Origin: Clostridia bacterium
GTDB lineage: Bacteria; Bacillota; Clostridia; Oscillospirales; CAG-272
DNA: 64,000 nt
Reading direction: 5' to 3'
NCBI GenBank assembly: GCA_017938205.1
Contig: JAGBCA010000001.1
Coordinates: 7,257-71,256, forward strand
Below the pieces are notes generated by a model, which was not told the origin of the DNA, made no database searches, and saw nothing but the letters and a program-made list of their open reading frames with translations. This document shows positions 63,760-64,000 of this stretch, piece by piece. How positions within the stretch are numbered: the stretch's first letter is position 1; every line of letters starts with the position of its first letter. The position numbers were made by a program, and so were the translations under genes.

Positions 63760-63948
63760 GTTATGAGGCTCGCAAAGCACGCATCTGCGTGCTTTTATGC
63801 TCCGCCGTTATGAATTTGCTACGCAAATGTTATGATATGATTGCCCACCAAGCCTAAAACTTGGCGAAGCCAATCATAACTATGCGAAGCATATCATAAC
63901 TCATAACTTGCCCAAAAAGTTCGCTAAGCGAACTTCGGCCAATCATAG
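63760..63948. repeat. two-armed array of mini-hairpins separated by GTTATGA (left arm) and TCATAAC (right arm)
   Basis: The left arm has gttatga three times, including gttatgatatgatt. The right arm has aatcataac, catatcataac, tcataac and aatcatag. The intervening palindromes are aaagcacgcatctgcgtgcttt, atttgctacgcaaat, ttggcgaagccaa, atgcgaagcat and gttcgctaagcgaac. Confidence 0.75.
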
Positions 63949-63952
63949 TTTG

Positions 63953-64000
63953 TTACTCCTCGCCCCAGACAACGATATTGCCCGAAGCATCAAAATGCCA
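63953..64000 (-). CDS. 3' end of an unidentified minus-strand CDS (runs off the window)
   Basis: My own translation of the reverse complement gives ...WHFDASGNIVVWGEE followed by a stop (TAA at 63953-63955). It is too short to identify. Confidence 0.3.
   Translation of the reverse strand, partial: WHFDASGNIVVWGEE

Noticed and set aside
1-64000. A search for tRNA, rRNA, tmRNA, RNase P and SRP RNA genes, and for transposase, integrase, phage or classic defence genes (restriction-modification, Cas, abortive-infection ATPases).
   Set aside because: I found no characteristic conserved boxes: no GTTCGAATC-type T-loops with acceptor stems, no GAGGAAAGTCC, and no GGAAGCAGCC. No ORF carries DDE, tyrosine-recombinase, methylase or nuclease signatures. 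These features appear to be absent as far as I can tell by eye, and a tRNAscan or HMM scan would be decisive.

Overview
This is a 64-kb chromosomal segment from a moderately high-GC Firmicute. Gene content, sigma-A-type promoters and GGAGG ribosome-binding sites look Clostridia-like, but the taxon cannot be fixed from this window. I support about 60 protein-coding genes, roughly 85% on the minus strand. I found no tRNA or rRNA genes, no CRISPR array, and no transposase, integrase or phage genes. Many ORF-track entries are long antisense shadow ORFs or carry spurious N-terminal extensions. I trimmed starts where a conserved N-terminus and an RBS supported it.

Layout:
- 1-7.9 kb: a complete arginine operon, argG-argH-argC-argJ-argB-argD-argF, on the minus strand. 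Its promoter is overlapped by ARG-box-like palindromes.
- 8-14 kb: an ArsC/Spx-family protein, a PHP phosphoesterase, a GH28 enzyme, a Cof-type HAD hydrolase, an N-acetylhexosamine 1-kinase (NahK-like) and a Pol-beta-type nucleotidyltransferase.
- 14.3-30.0 kb: a Wzx/Wzy-type surface-polysaccharide locus. It encodes fnlABC (UDP-L-FucNAc), wzx, wzy, five glycosyltransferases, LicD, a tagD carrying an in-frame TGA, HAD, ATP-grasp, a PglC-like initiating transferase and a DegT aminotransferase. The wzx-wzy-GT core is strikingly AT-rich.
- 30-64 kb: housekeeping and transport genes. These are a GH42-like protein plus an Eis-type GNAT, PPIase, holA, a degenerate MGS-like protein, pfkA, mtnN-luxS, trkH-trkA, mutY, two tandem radC paralogs, trmB, prfC, azlCD, an EamA transporter, a cation antiporter, and an ABC exporter with a DUF1854 partner. 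Two AT-rich lipoprotein islets and small XRE/AbrB regulators are interspersed.

The most unusual signals are non-coding:
- Three arrays of variable mini-hairpins are separated by a conserved 7-8-nt spacer (core ATATCA/ATGATAT). They lie at 16.7, 49.8 and 63.8 kb.
- A 248-bp terminator-bearing unit is tandemly repeated about 2.3 times after pfkA. Related dispersed copies lie at 14.1 kb and 60.3-60.6 kb.

I did not recognise a clear novel multi-gene defence or biosynthetic system. Candidate gene-level oddities are listed as findings with modest scores.
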